From Nitrososphaerales archaeon (lineage in GTDB: Archaea; Thermoproteota; Nitrososphaeria; Nitrososphaerales; UBA213): DNA of 64,000 nucleotides. The notes below the pieces were generated by a model. The model was not told the DNA's origin. It ran no database searches and saw nothing but the letters and a program-made list of their open reading frames with translations. Both the position numbers and the translations under genes were made by a program. Positions 22,102 through 32,707 of the stretch are shown here, piece by piece; position 1 is the stretch's first letter, and each line of letters starts with the position of its first letter. The stretch covers positions 352,001 to 416,000 of the forward strand of contig CBDAOC010000020.1 of NCBI GenBank assembly GCA_965197925.1, in the 5' to 3' direction.

Positions 22102-23194
22102 TGAGGCTTGGACATAATTTAGTTCGAAACGATAAGATCAGGTTCTAGTTTTTATTGTTGATATGTTTAGCTCAGACTCGATACTCCTTCGTATATTATT
22201 TTTGATTGACGTGATTCCTTGGTCAAAACCTAATAGGAAAAGGGTAGACCATTCTACTATTCTCCTACAGTAATGGTGAGATGCTTCATCGTTAGAGTAT
22301 GGGTAAGAATACCAGGCAACAATGCTTTGCATGAATACTTTTCGATAGACATGCCATACAACAGGAAGGTAATGAAGGCATGTGGTCTTGATAGGTTTCC
22401 AGATAAAAGAACATTCGACAGAAGGTCAAGGCCATATCAATTGACATAAGATCAAGGATAGGTGCTATGGGTATGCTCTTCATAAAAGATGGGTGGTAGA
22501 CTCATTCATAGTATCCGTTGACAGTTCCTTGTTGAAGGCAAAGGGACATGTATGGCACAAATCTAGCATGAAGAAGAATGAAGTGCCACGCTCCGGTATA
22601 GATACAGATGCTCGATGGGAATTCAGCAGAACCAAGGGATGGATATTCGGATACAAGATGCATCTAGCATGTAGCACAGGTTCGTTGATAGTTCCATTAT
22701 CAGCTGATTTCACAACAGCTAACATTACTGATAACAAGATGTATGAAAGCATAACATCTTCATTGCCTACAGGAATGGTAAGGTATGTTGTAGGAGATGA
22801 AGGATATGATGATCACAAGTTATGTGATTTCAGCAGGTATAGAGGGCATCCAGTATTCCCATTGGAAAGGTACAAGCATACTACAGATAATAATAGACTG
22901 GCATTGCTGCAGTTCTATAACTCTGAATATGGGCAGCATGTATATTCTCGGAGGAGCATAAGCGTTGACCCATTGATAGAGCATATGAAGGATGTATTTA
23001 CCATAGATCCATTGCCAGTTAGAGGATTTGATAAGGTAAGGAGTATAGTGTTGTTATCAGTATTGTTGTATCAGGTAATGGTTTACTACAACTACTTGAC
23101 AGGAAGACCATTAAGGGCATTGAAGCACATGTTGGGAAGTTGATCAATCAGAGGCATCAAGTTATTTTTGTTATGAAATTATGTCCATGCCTCA
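22102..23194 (+). mobile_element. IS element with DDE_Tnp_1-type transposase (IS4/IS5/IS982-like), 5' part disrupted
   Basis: Terminal IRs TGAGGCTTGGACATAATTT / AAATTATGTCCATGCCTCA (1 mismatch); ORF 22493-23143 with VDSS, GYKMHL, GDEGYD. Confidence 0.85.
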
Positions 23195-23338
23195 GCTAAA
23201 TATCTTTTGATACACTCTTGTTACGTGTTAAGTTCATTCAAGCCAGCTACGTAACCGCATGAACAAACCAATAATCCTGTTTTACACATTGATAACCATT
23301 AATTCATGCATCAATAATAATAAAAACTAGCACTAATT

Positions 23339-24400
23339 TCATGTATTTGTTATCTCCTCTAGAATAGATTCCCTTCCCTTGAAATGTGTCCTAACAGGTT
23401 CAATTATATTATTCAAATACTTCCCAACGGAGGCCTTCAAATCCAAGGGATGTAATTTCTTTTTTACAAATGCTTCTTCCACTTCTCTATAACTTCCAAA
23501 TGTAATACTTCCCCCATGCCTCGCCTTCCTCTGTACTGTAAATTCCTTATACTTATGAAATATTATGTAGCGAGTAATTTCAAGAATGGGGTTGTTTTTT
23601 ATAATGTCCACAGGGCAAAATGATTTTTCCATCTTTTCGATTATGGAATTCTCATCATCATGGATAAACACGCTTGTCCATGGCTTTGATTTGCTCATCT
23701 TGCTAGATATTCTAGCATCCATTCCGGTGTCCTCATCCAGACCCATCATTACGGGCTCTGCAAGTCCAGGCAGGAGGTGATGATGCACTGCAACAGGCAC
23801 CTTCCACCCTAACTTTGGGAATACTTCTCTAACAAGCATATGTACCTTCCTCTGATCTATACCAGCATGCACGATATCGAGATCTAAAGCCATTATATCG
23901 GTTGCTTGCAAAGACGGGTAAAGTAGTTGGGAAAAATCCAACCTGTCCTTTTCACTTCTACCCATTATTGTAAGCGCACGCAAAGTTCTGGCTAATGTTA
24001 TTTGTTTGCTAAACTTGACCATATTTTTCCAATAATCATTTTTTTCCTCATATAATTCGGAACCTAATACAATATTGACACCAGGACAGAAAAATTTGAA
24101 TGCATCTCTATAGTAGCCAGCAGCCACCTTGATCTTATTCCAATTGCCTCCAAGCTTATCGTTTATATATGTGTGCAAATCAGCTAGAAATACAGTGCAC
24201 TTTGCACCAGCATCTATAAAATTGTTAATTTTATACCCCGTCAATATCAAACTTCCTATATGTAATAAACCAGAAATTTCTATTCCAATGTAGTGCCTAG
24301 GACTTGCATTTGTATTGAATAAATTAATCAACTCATCTTTTGTAATAACTTCTTCGGTTGGTTCTCTTAATACCAACTCAACCCTGCTTGCCGTATCCAC
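23339..24400 (-). CDS. tyrS: Tyrosine--tRNA ligase (archaeal type)
   Basis: YIGIEISGLLHIG (HIGH-like), YPSLQATDI, AGIDQRKVH, KMSKS. Confidence 0.95.
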   Translation of the reverse strand: MDTASRVELVLREPTEEVITKDELINLFNTNASPRHYIGIEISGLLHIGSLILTGYKINNFIDAGAKCTVFLADLHTYINDKLGGNWNKIKVAAGYYRDAFKFFCPGVNIVLGSELYEEKNDYWKNMVKFSKQITLARTLRALTIMGRSEKDRLDFSQLLYPSLQATDIMALDLDIVHAGIDQRKVHMLVREVFPKLGWKVPVAVHHHLLPGLAEPVMMGLDEDTGMDARISSKMSKSKPWTSVFIHDDENSIIEKMEKSFCPVDIIKNNPILEITRYIIFHKYKEFTVQRKARHGGSITFGSYREVEEAFVKKKLHPLDLKASVGKYLNNIIEPVRTHFKGRESILEEITNT

Positions 24401-24591
24401 AATATTACATGTAAATATTATGCTATAAATCTAAGCCTCTACAGAATAATACTTCAAGTATTTTGAGGAAACAAGTCATACTTAATACAAAAAATCAAGA
24501 CAGAAAAATCTGGGCATATGAAGGAAAATTACGGCAATCAGAAGCATTCAACCATACGATCATTAATATTTATCATTTCCTAGACTATACT

Positions 24592-25152
24592 TGCTGTGTC
24601 GACTAATTACCCTATTTCGAATAATTACCCTATTATAGCAGTTATCCAAACCCTTTTGGATTTATTGCAATGAACATGTTGAATATGGATGCTTTTAGCA
24701 TTAGTCCCTGTTTGCTACCTTTATGCCAGAGGAATCTGCAGTTATTACAATAACATCCTCCATAATTGATGGATCTATCTAGATGTCCATCTTCGCTACT
24801 CTCCATACTATGTTTGTGAAGTCAGGTGCATTCAGTCCCTTTACATGTTTACTTACTTCACCCTTGTGAATCTTTCTAACTGCCTGTATGGTAGCAGGTA
24901 AGCATGTACAACAGAAAGCATCACTAGGAATGATTCTGGATGCACAAATGGCTTACCTTACCTTCATTCATTCTTACAAGCTCATCAGGCCATGAATCTA
25001 TGAAATCCATATCAAGAAGTATCTGTCTCCTTTTTACCAGTAGATCGTACCCTTTCCAGTTCCTATCAGGTATGAATCTCAATGATAATAACTAATCAAA
25101 ATCTCATTCTATCAAATATTCACGAACTTCTGGTTAATTATTCGGCACAGCA
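24592..25152 (-). mobile_element. Internally deleted, non-autonomous copy of the IS5-like element at 31256-32245
   Basis: Ends TGCTGTGTC.../...TTCGGCACAGCA; perfect 8-bp target duplication ACTATACT; right part near-identical to about 32000-32245. Confidence 0.88.
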
Positions 25153-25269
25153 ACTATACTAATTATACTAATATGCTATAAGGGAAAATTATTGTAACAG
25201 CAAAATAAATCGGCACATTTTAATATTAAAATTTATATTAAAATATAGTAATAAGGCTGACTATAACTT

Positions 25270-25976
25270 ATGGAAACTAGAAGTGTGGGAAACACAAATT
25301 TAGCAATATTTAATACTTTCAAAACGAGACGAAATAAATTTACAGGTGAGGCTATAAGGCAACGTGGTATTATAACACATCTTGCCATGGAATACAATCC
25401 TGAAATCAAAACAAGAACCGCTATTGCTCATGCCCTTGCTAAAAAGCATAGAATAATGTGGCAGAATATTTATTCTGGAATCTTTAGGGATCTGGATGAG
25501 GTACTAGTTCCATTATCCATTGTCAAAGAAGAAGGAAGGTTACCGCTAAGGAGAGGGCCTAGAGCTCTGCAACAGGAGGGTGTGCCACATTACGGACTTA
25601 CAAATTAGGGTTGATAGTAGCATCAGTGCTTGAGGAATTAGGTGATAGCAGGATAAAACTCCTTGAAAGATACATTGGAACCTTATCAGGGAATGAACCA
25701 ACACAGAAACTTTTTAGTGAAGGAATTCTTCTCTTATTGAAGGTTTCACCTTCATTTGTTTTCAAGATAATGAATTTATACGTAACTTCATACATTCAGG
25801 GCACGGTGACAAACATAGTTCCAATTGATGTCGAAGCTATGCAAACAGTCGTTGCCAAAGTTATAGGTGTTGAGAAAGAACTTGTTGAGGCGGTTATTTC
25901 TATATCAAATAGTGAACAAGATGTAATTCGTAGATTCATCAATATGATAAGTCAAGAAAGGGTTACATCATCTTAA
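25270..25976 (+). pseudogene. Conserved thaumarchaeal hypothetical (wHTH-like) protein split by an apparent 1-bp deletion near 25603
   Basis: ORFs 25270-25608 and 25611-25976 join as ...HYGLT-x-LGLIVASVL if one base is restored; could be an assembly error. Confidence 0.65.
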
Positions 25977-26649
25977 GTTATTTTAAATCCATCTTATAGA
26001 TTGGTAACTATGCCCGATCTGTCCACTCGTTCAAGTAAATATGAAAAGAACATCCTTAAGGTAACGATGACCTGTTATCTGATACATTGACCACTTCTGC
26101 AAAAACAGTAATTATTGAAACTGTTTGTCCTGATTAGGAGGGTTTTGAACACATCTTATTAAATTCTACTCTCACAAAATTGTACGCCCATCTGTTTCAG
26201 GAATTGGTATAAACAAATATGCTTTCTATAGACAGATCTCCTTAAGGTAATATGAACCGATTGTTTAGACCCATTCCATGACCAATTTCCAAACCTAGAT
26301 ACCTTAGTAGGATAATATCGATCGGTATAAATTATTGGATACTTATCAATCCTGAACTTATCTGAATAGTAAACAATTCCTTGAATTAACTAGTAATATT
26401 ATAGATGCTCTATTGACTGGCAACTCAGGCAATGTTACAAATCTATGACTAGGCGATTAAAAACAGAAGTCATATTCTATTAGAGCAGCCCGTGCAATGA
26501 CATGTTCGAATGGTATTAAATACTGTGGAGTAACATCCTATTATACAGATTATATTCAAGCAAAAAGCGTTTAACAATTTTAACATACTCGTTAAGTCAC
26601 GAACTAGCCTAGGAAGGTTAAAATGCCATAGCTTAGTCAGTTTTGTTGT

Positions 26650-27282
26650 ATGGATACATATACTGCTCTAGAGCTAACAATAAACAAAGTTTTATCTCGT
26701 GAAGAGAAGGATATGGTCTCGAAAATTGAAGTTGTCTATAACGAAGCAAATGAAAAATTATTACTTTCAAAAAGTGTTATAGAATCATTATATCATAAAA
26801 TAATAGTTGATGGTAGAAAGCAAGCAGAGGACCTGAGGAGGCAGATCGTGGGTAATAGCAGGCTATCTGCAAGAAACAAGCAGTTGTTGTTGATTGAGAA
26901 AGTTGTGGGAGATGTATTTGAAGAAGCTAAGGCAAAAATCGACTCTATAAGAAGTGATGATAAATATGCCCTCATGATGAAGAACCTTTTGGAGAATGCT
27001 CTTGATGTTGTTCACTCCGAGAAGGTTTTAGTGGAATGTAATAGGAAAGATAGAGATCTTATAAATAAGATAGTTTCAGAATTACAAGAAATTGTTAGTA
27101 CGAAAATTATAGTAAGTGAAGGGGTGTTAGATGTTATTGGTGGCTTGAAGGTTAAATCTGAAGATGGCTCAATGATTTATGATGTCACCTTGGATTCCCG
27201 GTTCGAACGTCTTAGACCTCTCATAAGAAAAGATGTAGCCATGATTTTCGTGGAGAGAGAGATGTATGATAGCAAAAGGTAG
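26650..27282 (+). CDS. atpE: A/V-type ATP synthase subunit E
   Basis: Coiled-coil N-terminus, IGGLKV...D.TLDSRFE; directly upstream of subunit A. Confidence 0.88.
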   Translation: MDTYTALELTINKVLSREEKDMVSKIEVVYNEANEKLLLSKSVIESLYHKIIVDGRKQAEDLRRQIVGNSRLSARNKQLLLIEKVVGDVFEEAKAKIDSIRSDDKYALMMKNLLENALDVVHSEKVLVECNRKDRDLINKIVSELQEIVSTKIIVSEGVLDVIGGLKVKSEDGSMIYDVTLDSRFERLRPLIRKDVAMIFVEREMYDSKR

Positions 27283-29056
27283 GATAGTTTGGATAAGCGG
27301 TCCTGCAGTAAAAGCTGATGATATGTCAAATACAAAAATGTATGAAACGGTTCAGGTTGGCGAATCAAAACTTATTGGAGAAGTAATAAGGTTAACAGGC
27401 GACATTGCTTTCATACAGGTTTACGAATCAACTACAGGTCTGAAACCTGGTGAACCTGTTGTGGGTATGGGTCAACCCTTGAGCGTCCTTTTGGGTCCTG
27501 GTCTAATAGGTAAAATTTACGATGGAATACAAAGGCCATTAGATGATATTGCAAAGCGTTGTGGTACTTTTATTGGCAAAGGTATAAGGACCTCCCCCGT
27601 AGATTTAAGGAAGAAATACAGATTTTCTGCTACTGTTAAGGTGGGTGATCAGGTACAAGCTGGAAGTAAGATAGGCGAAGTGGAGGAAACGGCTTTGGTT
27701 TTGCATTCTATATTATTACGGCCGGATATTCCTAGATGTACGATAATTGCGATTGAGAAGGAAGGCGACTATGATCTTGAACATCCGGTAGCTACGGTTG
27801 ATTATAATGGGAAAAAGACTGATGTATTTATGTACCAGTATTGGCCGGTAAGAAAACCAAGGCCTTATTTGGAAAAACTTGATCCAAATATTCCCCTGAT
27901 AACTGGTCAGCGTATCCTCGACACATTCTTCCCAATAGCAAAGGGAGGTACTGCCGCTATACCAGGAGGATTCGGAACAGGTAAGACTGTAACACTGCAC
28001 CAAATCGCTGCATGGGCAGACTCGAAAGTAGTTGTTTATATTGGATGTGGGGAGCGCGGCAATGAAATGACGGAAGTATTGACCAAATTTCCTGAACTTT
28101 TGGATCCTCACTCTGGAAGGCCACTCATGGAGCGAACAGTGCTTGTAGCAAATACAAGCAACATGCCAGTAGCCGCAAGAGAGGCAAGTATCTACACAGG
28201 CGTCACCATAGGAGAGTATTACAGAGATATGGGTTATGATGTTGTGCTAGTAGCAGATTCAACGAGCAGGTGGGCTGAGGCGTTGAGAGAGATGAGTGGG
28301 AGGCTTGAGGAAATGCCTGCTGAGGAGGGATATCCATCGTATCTTGCATCAAGATTAGCGGAATTTTACGAACGTGCAGGGAGAGTGAAGACGCTAGGCA
28401 GTCTGGACAGAATAGGATCTGTTACTCTCGTTGGAGCGGTTTCACCATCAGGTGCCGACTTTACAGAACCCGTAACCACTCACACCATTAGGTTCATCAA
28501 AACCTTCTGGGGTCTTGACACCAGATTAGCTTATTCAAGGCACTATCCAGCCATTAACTGGATGTCAAGTTATTCAGGTTATCTAGAAGATGTATCTAGA
28601 TGGTGGGAAGATAATGTGGGCAAGGAATGGTATAAGCTTCGAAGTGATGGTTACTTACTTCTCCAGAAAGAAGATGCGTTGAAGGAGATTGTTCGCTTGC
28701 TCGGGCCAGAGGCATTACCTGATGAAGAGAAACTTGTTCTCGAAGTGGCTAGGATGATAAAGATCGGTATACTTCAGCAGAGTGCCTATAACAAGATTGA
28801 TACATACTGCGGTCCTAAAAAACAATTGAAATTATTGCAATTGATGGTTGAGTTCCATAATGAAGCAAACAAAGCATTGAAGGTGGGCGTTTCACTTGCA
28901 GATATCAGAGCAATGCCCATAATAACTAGACTGCTTAAGGCAAAATTCGACGTTGCTGATGATCAACTCGAAAAGCTTGATGAGCTTGGTAACGATGTTA
29001 TTAGTCACTTCAGACAACTTGAAGAAGAGCGGGAGGTCAAAGGGATAGTTGGGTGA
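27266..29056 (+). CDS. atpA: A/V-type ATP synthase subunit A
   Basis: Walker [38 protein letters not shown]. Confidence 0.97.
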   Translation: MIAKGRIVWISGPAVKADDMSNTKMYETVQVGESKLIGEVIRLTGDIAFIQVYESTTGLKPGEPVVGMGQPLSVLLGPGLIGKIYDGIQRPLDDIAKRCGTFIGKGIRTSPVDLRKKYRFSATVKVGDQVQAGSKIGEVEETALVLHSILLRPDIPRCTIIAIEKEGDYDLEHPVATVDYNGKKTDVFMYQYWPVRKPRPYLEKLDPNIPLITGQRILDTFFPIAKGGTAAIPGGFGTGKTVTLHQIAAWADSKVVVYIGCGERGNEMTEVLTKFPELLDPHSGRPLMERTVLVANTSNMPVAAREASIYTGVTIGEYYRDMGYDVVLVADSTSRWAEALREMSGRLEEMPAEEGYPSYLASRLAEFYERAGRVKTLGSLDRIGSVTLVGAVSPSGADFTEPVTTHTIRFIKTFWGLDTRLAYSRHYPAINWMSSYSGYLEDVSRWWEDNVGKEWYKLRSDGYLLLQKEDALKEIVRLLGPEALPDEEKLVLEVARMIKIGILQQSAYNKIDTYCGPKKQLKLLQLMVEFHNEANKALKVGVSLADIRAMPIITRLLKAKFDVADDQLEKLDELGNDVISHFRQLEEEREVKGIVG

Positions 29057-30431
29057 AGCAGGTATAGAATATACAAAGGTTCAGGAGATTAAAGGACCGC
29101 TAGTTGTGATAGATGGTGTAACTAGAGCATCATTTGACGAACTTGTTGAAATTGAAACGGTTGAAGGTGATATAAGGTTAGGAAAAGTATTAGAAATTGG
29201 GTTCGGCAAGGCGGTGGTTCAAGTCTTTGAAGGCACTACGGGACTAAGTATATCAGGAACAAAGGCACGATTTTTAGGAAAGATGATGGAAATGCCTGCT
29301 TCTCAGGAACTCTTGGGTAGAATATTTGACGGCTTGGGCAGACCTATCGATGGTTTACCAGAACCTATAGCAGAAGATTTTCGAGACGTGAATGGTGCTT
29401 CGATAAATCCGGAGAGGCGTCAATTTCCAGAGGATTTTATACAAACAGGGGTATCTGTTCTAGATGGCATGCTCACACTAGTAAGAGGACAGAAACTTCC
29501 GATATTTTCTGGTTCTGGTATGCCCCACAATATACTTGCGGCTCAAGTGGCAAAACAAGCAACTGTGATTGGAAGTGGTGATGAATTCGCTGTCGTTTTT
29601 GGTGCAATAGGAGTACAACATAGTGAATCACAGTACTTCAAAAGGAGCCTAGAAGAAAGTGGGGCGCTTAAGCGAAGTACGCTATTCCTCAACCTTGCTG
29701 ACGATCCTGCAATTGAAAGGATAATAACTCCTAGGGTGGCGTTGACTGCTGCAGAATACCTTGCATTCGATCTTGGTATGCATGTTCTGGTCATTTTAAC
29801 GGATCTTACTAACTATGCTGAAGCATTAAGAGAGATCAGTGCGGCTAGAGAAGAGGTTCCCGGAAGGAAGGGCTATCCAGGCTATCTTTACACTGATCTT
29901 GCAACGATCTATGAGCGTGCTGGTAAGGTGAAAGGGCTGAATGGAAGTATAACACAGATGCCAATATTATCGATGCCGGCAGACGATATCACTCATCCTA
30001 TCCCTGATTTAACTGGATATATTACTGAAGGTCAGATAGTACTTAGTAGAGAGTTATTCAGGAAGGGATTATATCCTCCAGCTGGTGTGCTTATGAGCTT
30101 GAGCAGGTTGATGAAGGATGGTGTTGGTCAGGGTAAAACCAGAGAAGACCATATGGAAGTAAGTAACCAATTGTACGACGCATATTCAAGGGCGCAAGAG
30201 GTTTTAGCATTATCTGAAATTGTGGGAAAGGCAAGTCTCACAGGTGTAGATCTTAAATATTTGGAGTTTGGAAATGAATTTGAGGAACATTTTTTAAAAC
30301 AGAATAAAGATGAAAACAGGACCTTAGAAGAAACCCTTTCTAGGGCATGGGATGTATTATCATTGTTGCCAGAGGGAGAGTTGACAAAGATAAAGGATAA
30401 CTACGTAAAGCATTACTATAAGACGAGATAG
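29049..30431 (+). CDS. atpB: A/V-type ATP synthase subunit B
   Basis: [44 protein letters not shown]. Confidence 0.97.
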   Translation: MGEAGIEYTKVQEIKGPLVVIDGVTRASFDELVEIETVEGDIRLGKVLEIGFGKAVVQVFEGTTGLSISGTKARFLGKMMEMPASQELLGRIFDGLGRPIDGLPEPIAEDFRDVNGASINPERRQFPEDFIQTGVSVLDGMLTLVRGQKLPIFSGSGMPHNILAAQVAKQATVIGSGDEFAVVFGAIGVQHSESQYFKRSLEESGALKRSTLFLNLADDPAIERIITPRVALTAAEYLAFDLGMHVLVILTDLTNYAEALREISAAREEVPGRKGYPGYLYTDLATIYERAGKVKGLNGSITQMPILSMPADDITHPIPDLTGYITEGQIVLSRELFRKGLYPPAGVLMSLSRLMKDGVGQGKTREDHMEVSNQLYDAYSRAQEVLALSEIVGKASLTGVDLKYLEFGNEFEEHFLKQNKDENRTLEETLSRAWDVLSLLPEGELTKIKDNYVKHYYKTR

Positions 30432-31106
30432 ATGTCGGTTTCATTTGGAAGTGCAGTCCTACCAACAAAGATCGAGTTAATCAGGATCAAACGCTCATTG
30501 AAAGTAGCAAAGATGGTTCACAAAATACTTGATGATAAAAGAGAAGTTTTACTGAAAAGAATAGATGAAATGATCGAAGAAGCTAGCAAGGCAAGAGAAG
30601 ACATATGGACGCCTTTGGAAACTATCTACGCTGCAGTATTTAATGCTTATCTATCTGTTGGAACTGGAACTTTAGAATCAATTGCAATGCTTACACCTTC
30701 TGGTATTGAAGTTGATGTTAAGGTAAAAAGAATTGTTGATGTTAAAGTACCTACGTTGCAAGTTTCAACACAAAACTTGGAATCCCTATCATATGGGTTT
30801 GCAGATACAAATGTTGCAATTGATAAGGCTGCTAAACTGATAAAAAATGTTCTGCCAGGAATTTGTAAAGCAGCTGAATTTGAAAATGCCCTTTTCACTT
30901 TGGCGAAAGAGCTAGAAAGAACACAAAGGTTGATCAATGCCTTGGAATATGTTATTATGCCACAATACGACTTTGCAATAAAGTTCATCACCGCTACTTT
31001 GGAAGAGAGAGAACGAGAGGAATTCGTTAGGTTAAAAAAGGTAAAGATTGTACTGGAGAATAAGAGGGAGAATGTGTATGGGTACAAAGATAGACAAGCT
31101 TTATGA
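30432..31106 (+). CDS. atpD: A/V-type ATP synthase subunit D
   Basis: PTKIELIR, RLINALEYV, LEEREREEF.RLK. Confidence 0.95.
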   Translation: MSVSFGSAVLPTKIELIRIKRSLKVAKMVHKILDDKREVLLKRIDEMIEEASKAREDIWTPLETIYAAVFNAYLSVGTGTLESIAMLTPSGIEVDVKVKRIVDVKVPTLQVSTQNLESLSYGFADTNVAIDKAAKLIKNVLPGICKAAEFENALFTLAKELERTQRLINALEYVIMPQYDFAIKFITATLEEREREEFVRLKKVKIVLENKRENVYGYKDRQAL

Positions 31107-31212
31107 TGATGCTGAAAAGAGGATGATAAAACGTTATCTCGATGCGATTGAAAAGATTAAGGAAGAATTGAAAACAACTAAGCAAAATACAATCAATATA
31201 ATCAAAGGATAA
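31072..31212 (+). CDS. Small charged helical protein overlapping the atpD 3' end (possible minimal ATP synthase stalk subunit H/G)
   Basis: Own translation MCMGTKIDKLYDDAEKRMIKRYLDAIEKIKEELKTTKQNTINIIKG*; SD-like GAGGGAG upstream; too short for the ORF track. Confidence 0.5.
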   Translation: MCMGTKIDKLYDDAEKRMIKRYLDAIEKIKEELKTTKQNTINIIKG

Positions 31213-31255
31213 TAATTGTACAAAAGATAGAGGATCGTCTACATATCAGATATGG

Positions 31256-32245
31256 TGCTGTGTCAAATAATTACCATATTAGCAGTTATCCAAACCCTTT
31301 TGGATTTATTGCAATGAACATGTTGTATACGGATGCTTTTAACATCCTTTTAGCATTAGTTCCTTCATCATATTCTTTCATCTTACTGCGTTCACACGTT
31401 AACCAAAGATACGCTTAAATCCAGAGAATACAGTTTCTGCCGTCCATCTGTGTCTATATTCATGTTACTTCTTCCATGTATCAAGATCCTCCTTCTGCTC
31501 TAATACTGATAGCTCCGTTGGCATACATCCCCTTTGCTTTTACCGATGCGTTACTCCTCGCCTTTATCAGTAGTTCAATACAGTTATCGGCAAGGAGCCT
31601 GAAGATCCTTCTTGAATCATAAGCTCCATCTGCTATCACTTATCACATTACATTTCTTCAACCCCTTTTATCATAAGTATCATCTTCTTGCCGTCATGTA
31701 TATGCCTAGTTACCCTCATTGCAACTATCTCTTTGCTTTCCTTATCCACAATATGCTTCTTGATGAAGCCCCATGCATGCCACTTCTTCCTTCTCCATTC
31801 TCCCCTGTTTGCTACCATAATACCGGAGGAATCTGTAGCTATTACAATAACATCCTCCATAATTGATGGGTCTATCTTAATGTCCATCTTCGCTACCCTC
31901 CATACTATGCTTGTATAGTCAAGTGTATCCAAACCGTCAACATGTTTGATTAATACCCTTGTGAATCCTTCTAACTGCTTTATAGCAGCAGGTATGCATG
32001 GACAACAGAAAGCATCACTAGGAATGATTCTGGTTACACGAATGGCTTACCTTACTTCATTCATTCTTGCAAATTCGCCAGGCCATGAATCTATGAAATC
32101 CATATCAAGAAGTATCTGTCTCCTTTTTACCAGTAGATCGTACCCTTTCCAGTTCCTATCAGGTATGAATCTCAATGATAATAACTAATCAAAATCTCAT
32201 TCTATCAAATATTCACGAACTTCTGGTTAATTATTCGGCACAGCA
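31256..32245 (-). mobile_element. IS5-family-like element with fragmented transposase, inserted between atpD and atpK
   Basis: IRs TGCTGTGTCAAATAATTA / TAATTATTCGGCACAGCA; 8-bp TSD AGATATGG/AGATATAG; fragments ATDSSGIMVANRGEW..KKW, ADGAYD-like. Confidence 0.88.
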
Positions 32246-32294
32246 AGATATAGGATATAATATAAATATGACTTGTCTCTGATTTTTGATATAA

Positions 32295-32600
32295 ATGAAA
32301 TATAAGCAAAGTGAATTATTGTTTGCTTTAATATCAATATCGATTTTAAGTATGGTAACTCCTCAAAGCTATGGACAAGGAACTAATAACATGCCCGGAG
32401 AACAGTTCATTGCTGCTGGCTTGGCATTTGGTTTGGCAGCACTTGGTGCTGGTATAGGTTTAGCATATGTTGGCGCCGCGGGTGTGGCTGCTATAAGCGA
32501 GAATCCAAAAATGCAGTCAAGAGTCTTCATCTTTATGGGAATGGTAGAATCCATAGCTATCTACGGAATAGTTATGATGTTCATTATACTAGGACAATGA
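32295..32600 (+). CDS. atpK: ATP synthase proteolipid subunit K (c)
   Basis: GLAFGLAALGAGIG, AAISENP, MVESIAIYG with the carboxylate Glu; own TATA-like TATAAATA at 32261-32268. Confidence 0.93.
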   Translation: MKYKQSELLFALISISILSMVTPQSYGQGTNNMPGEQFIAAGLAFGLAALGAGIGLAYVGAAGVAAISENPKMQSRVFIFMGMVESIAIYGIVMMFIILGQ

Positions 32601-32707
32601 TAGTAAATATTTAGAATAATTCTTACCTTATGTGATTTATTGGAATTATAATTATGAAAGATTATTTTTAAAGAAAGATTTAAACTCCGATAATCCATTC
32701 AACTGAT

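Noticed and set aside
25980..26480. Possible rhodanese/sulfurtransferase relic on the minus strand (FCRSGQ, YLNEWTD fragments)
   Set aside because: The motifs are short and in different frames; suggestive only.
32295..32600. Na+-coupled c subunit
   Set aside because: E-S-x3-Y is present but helix 1 lacks the Gln of the Na+ motif (GIGLAY); ion specificity cannot be claimed.
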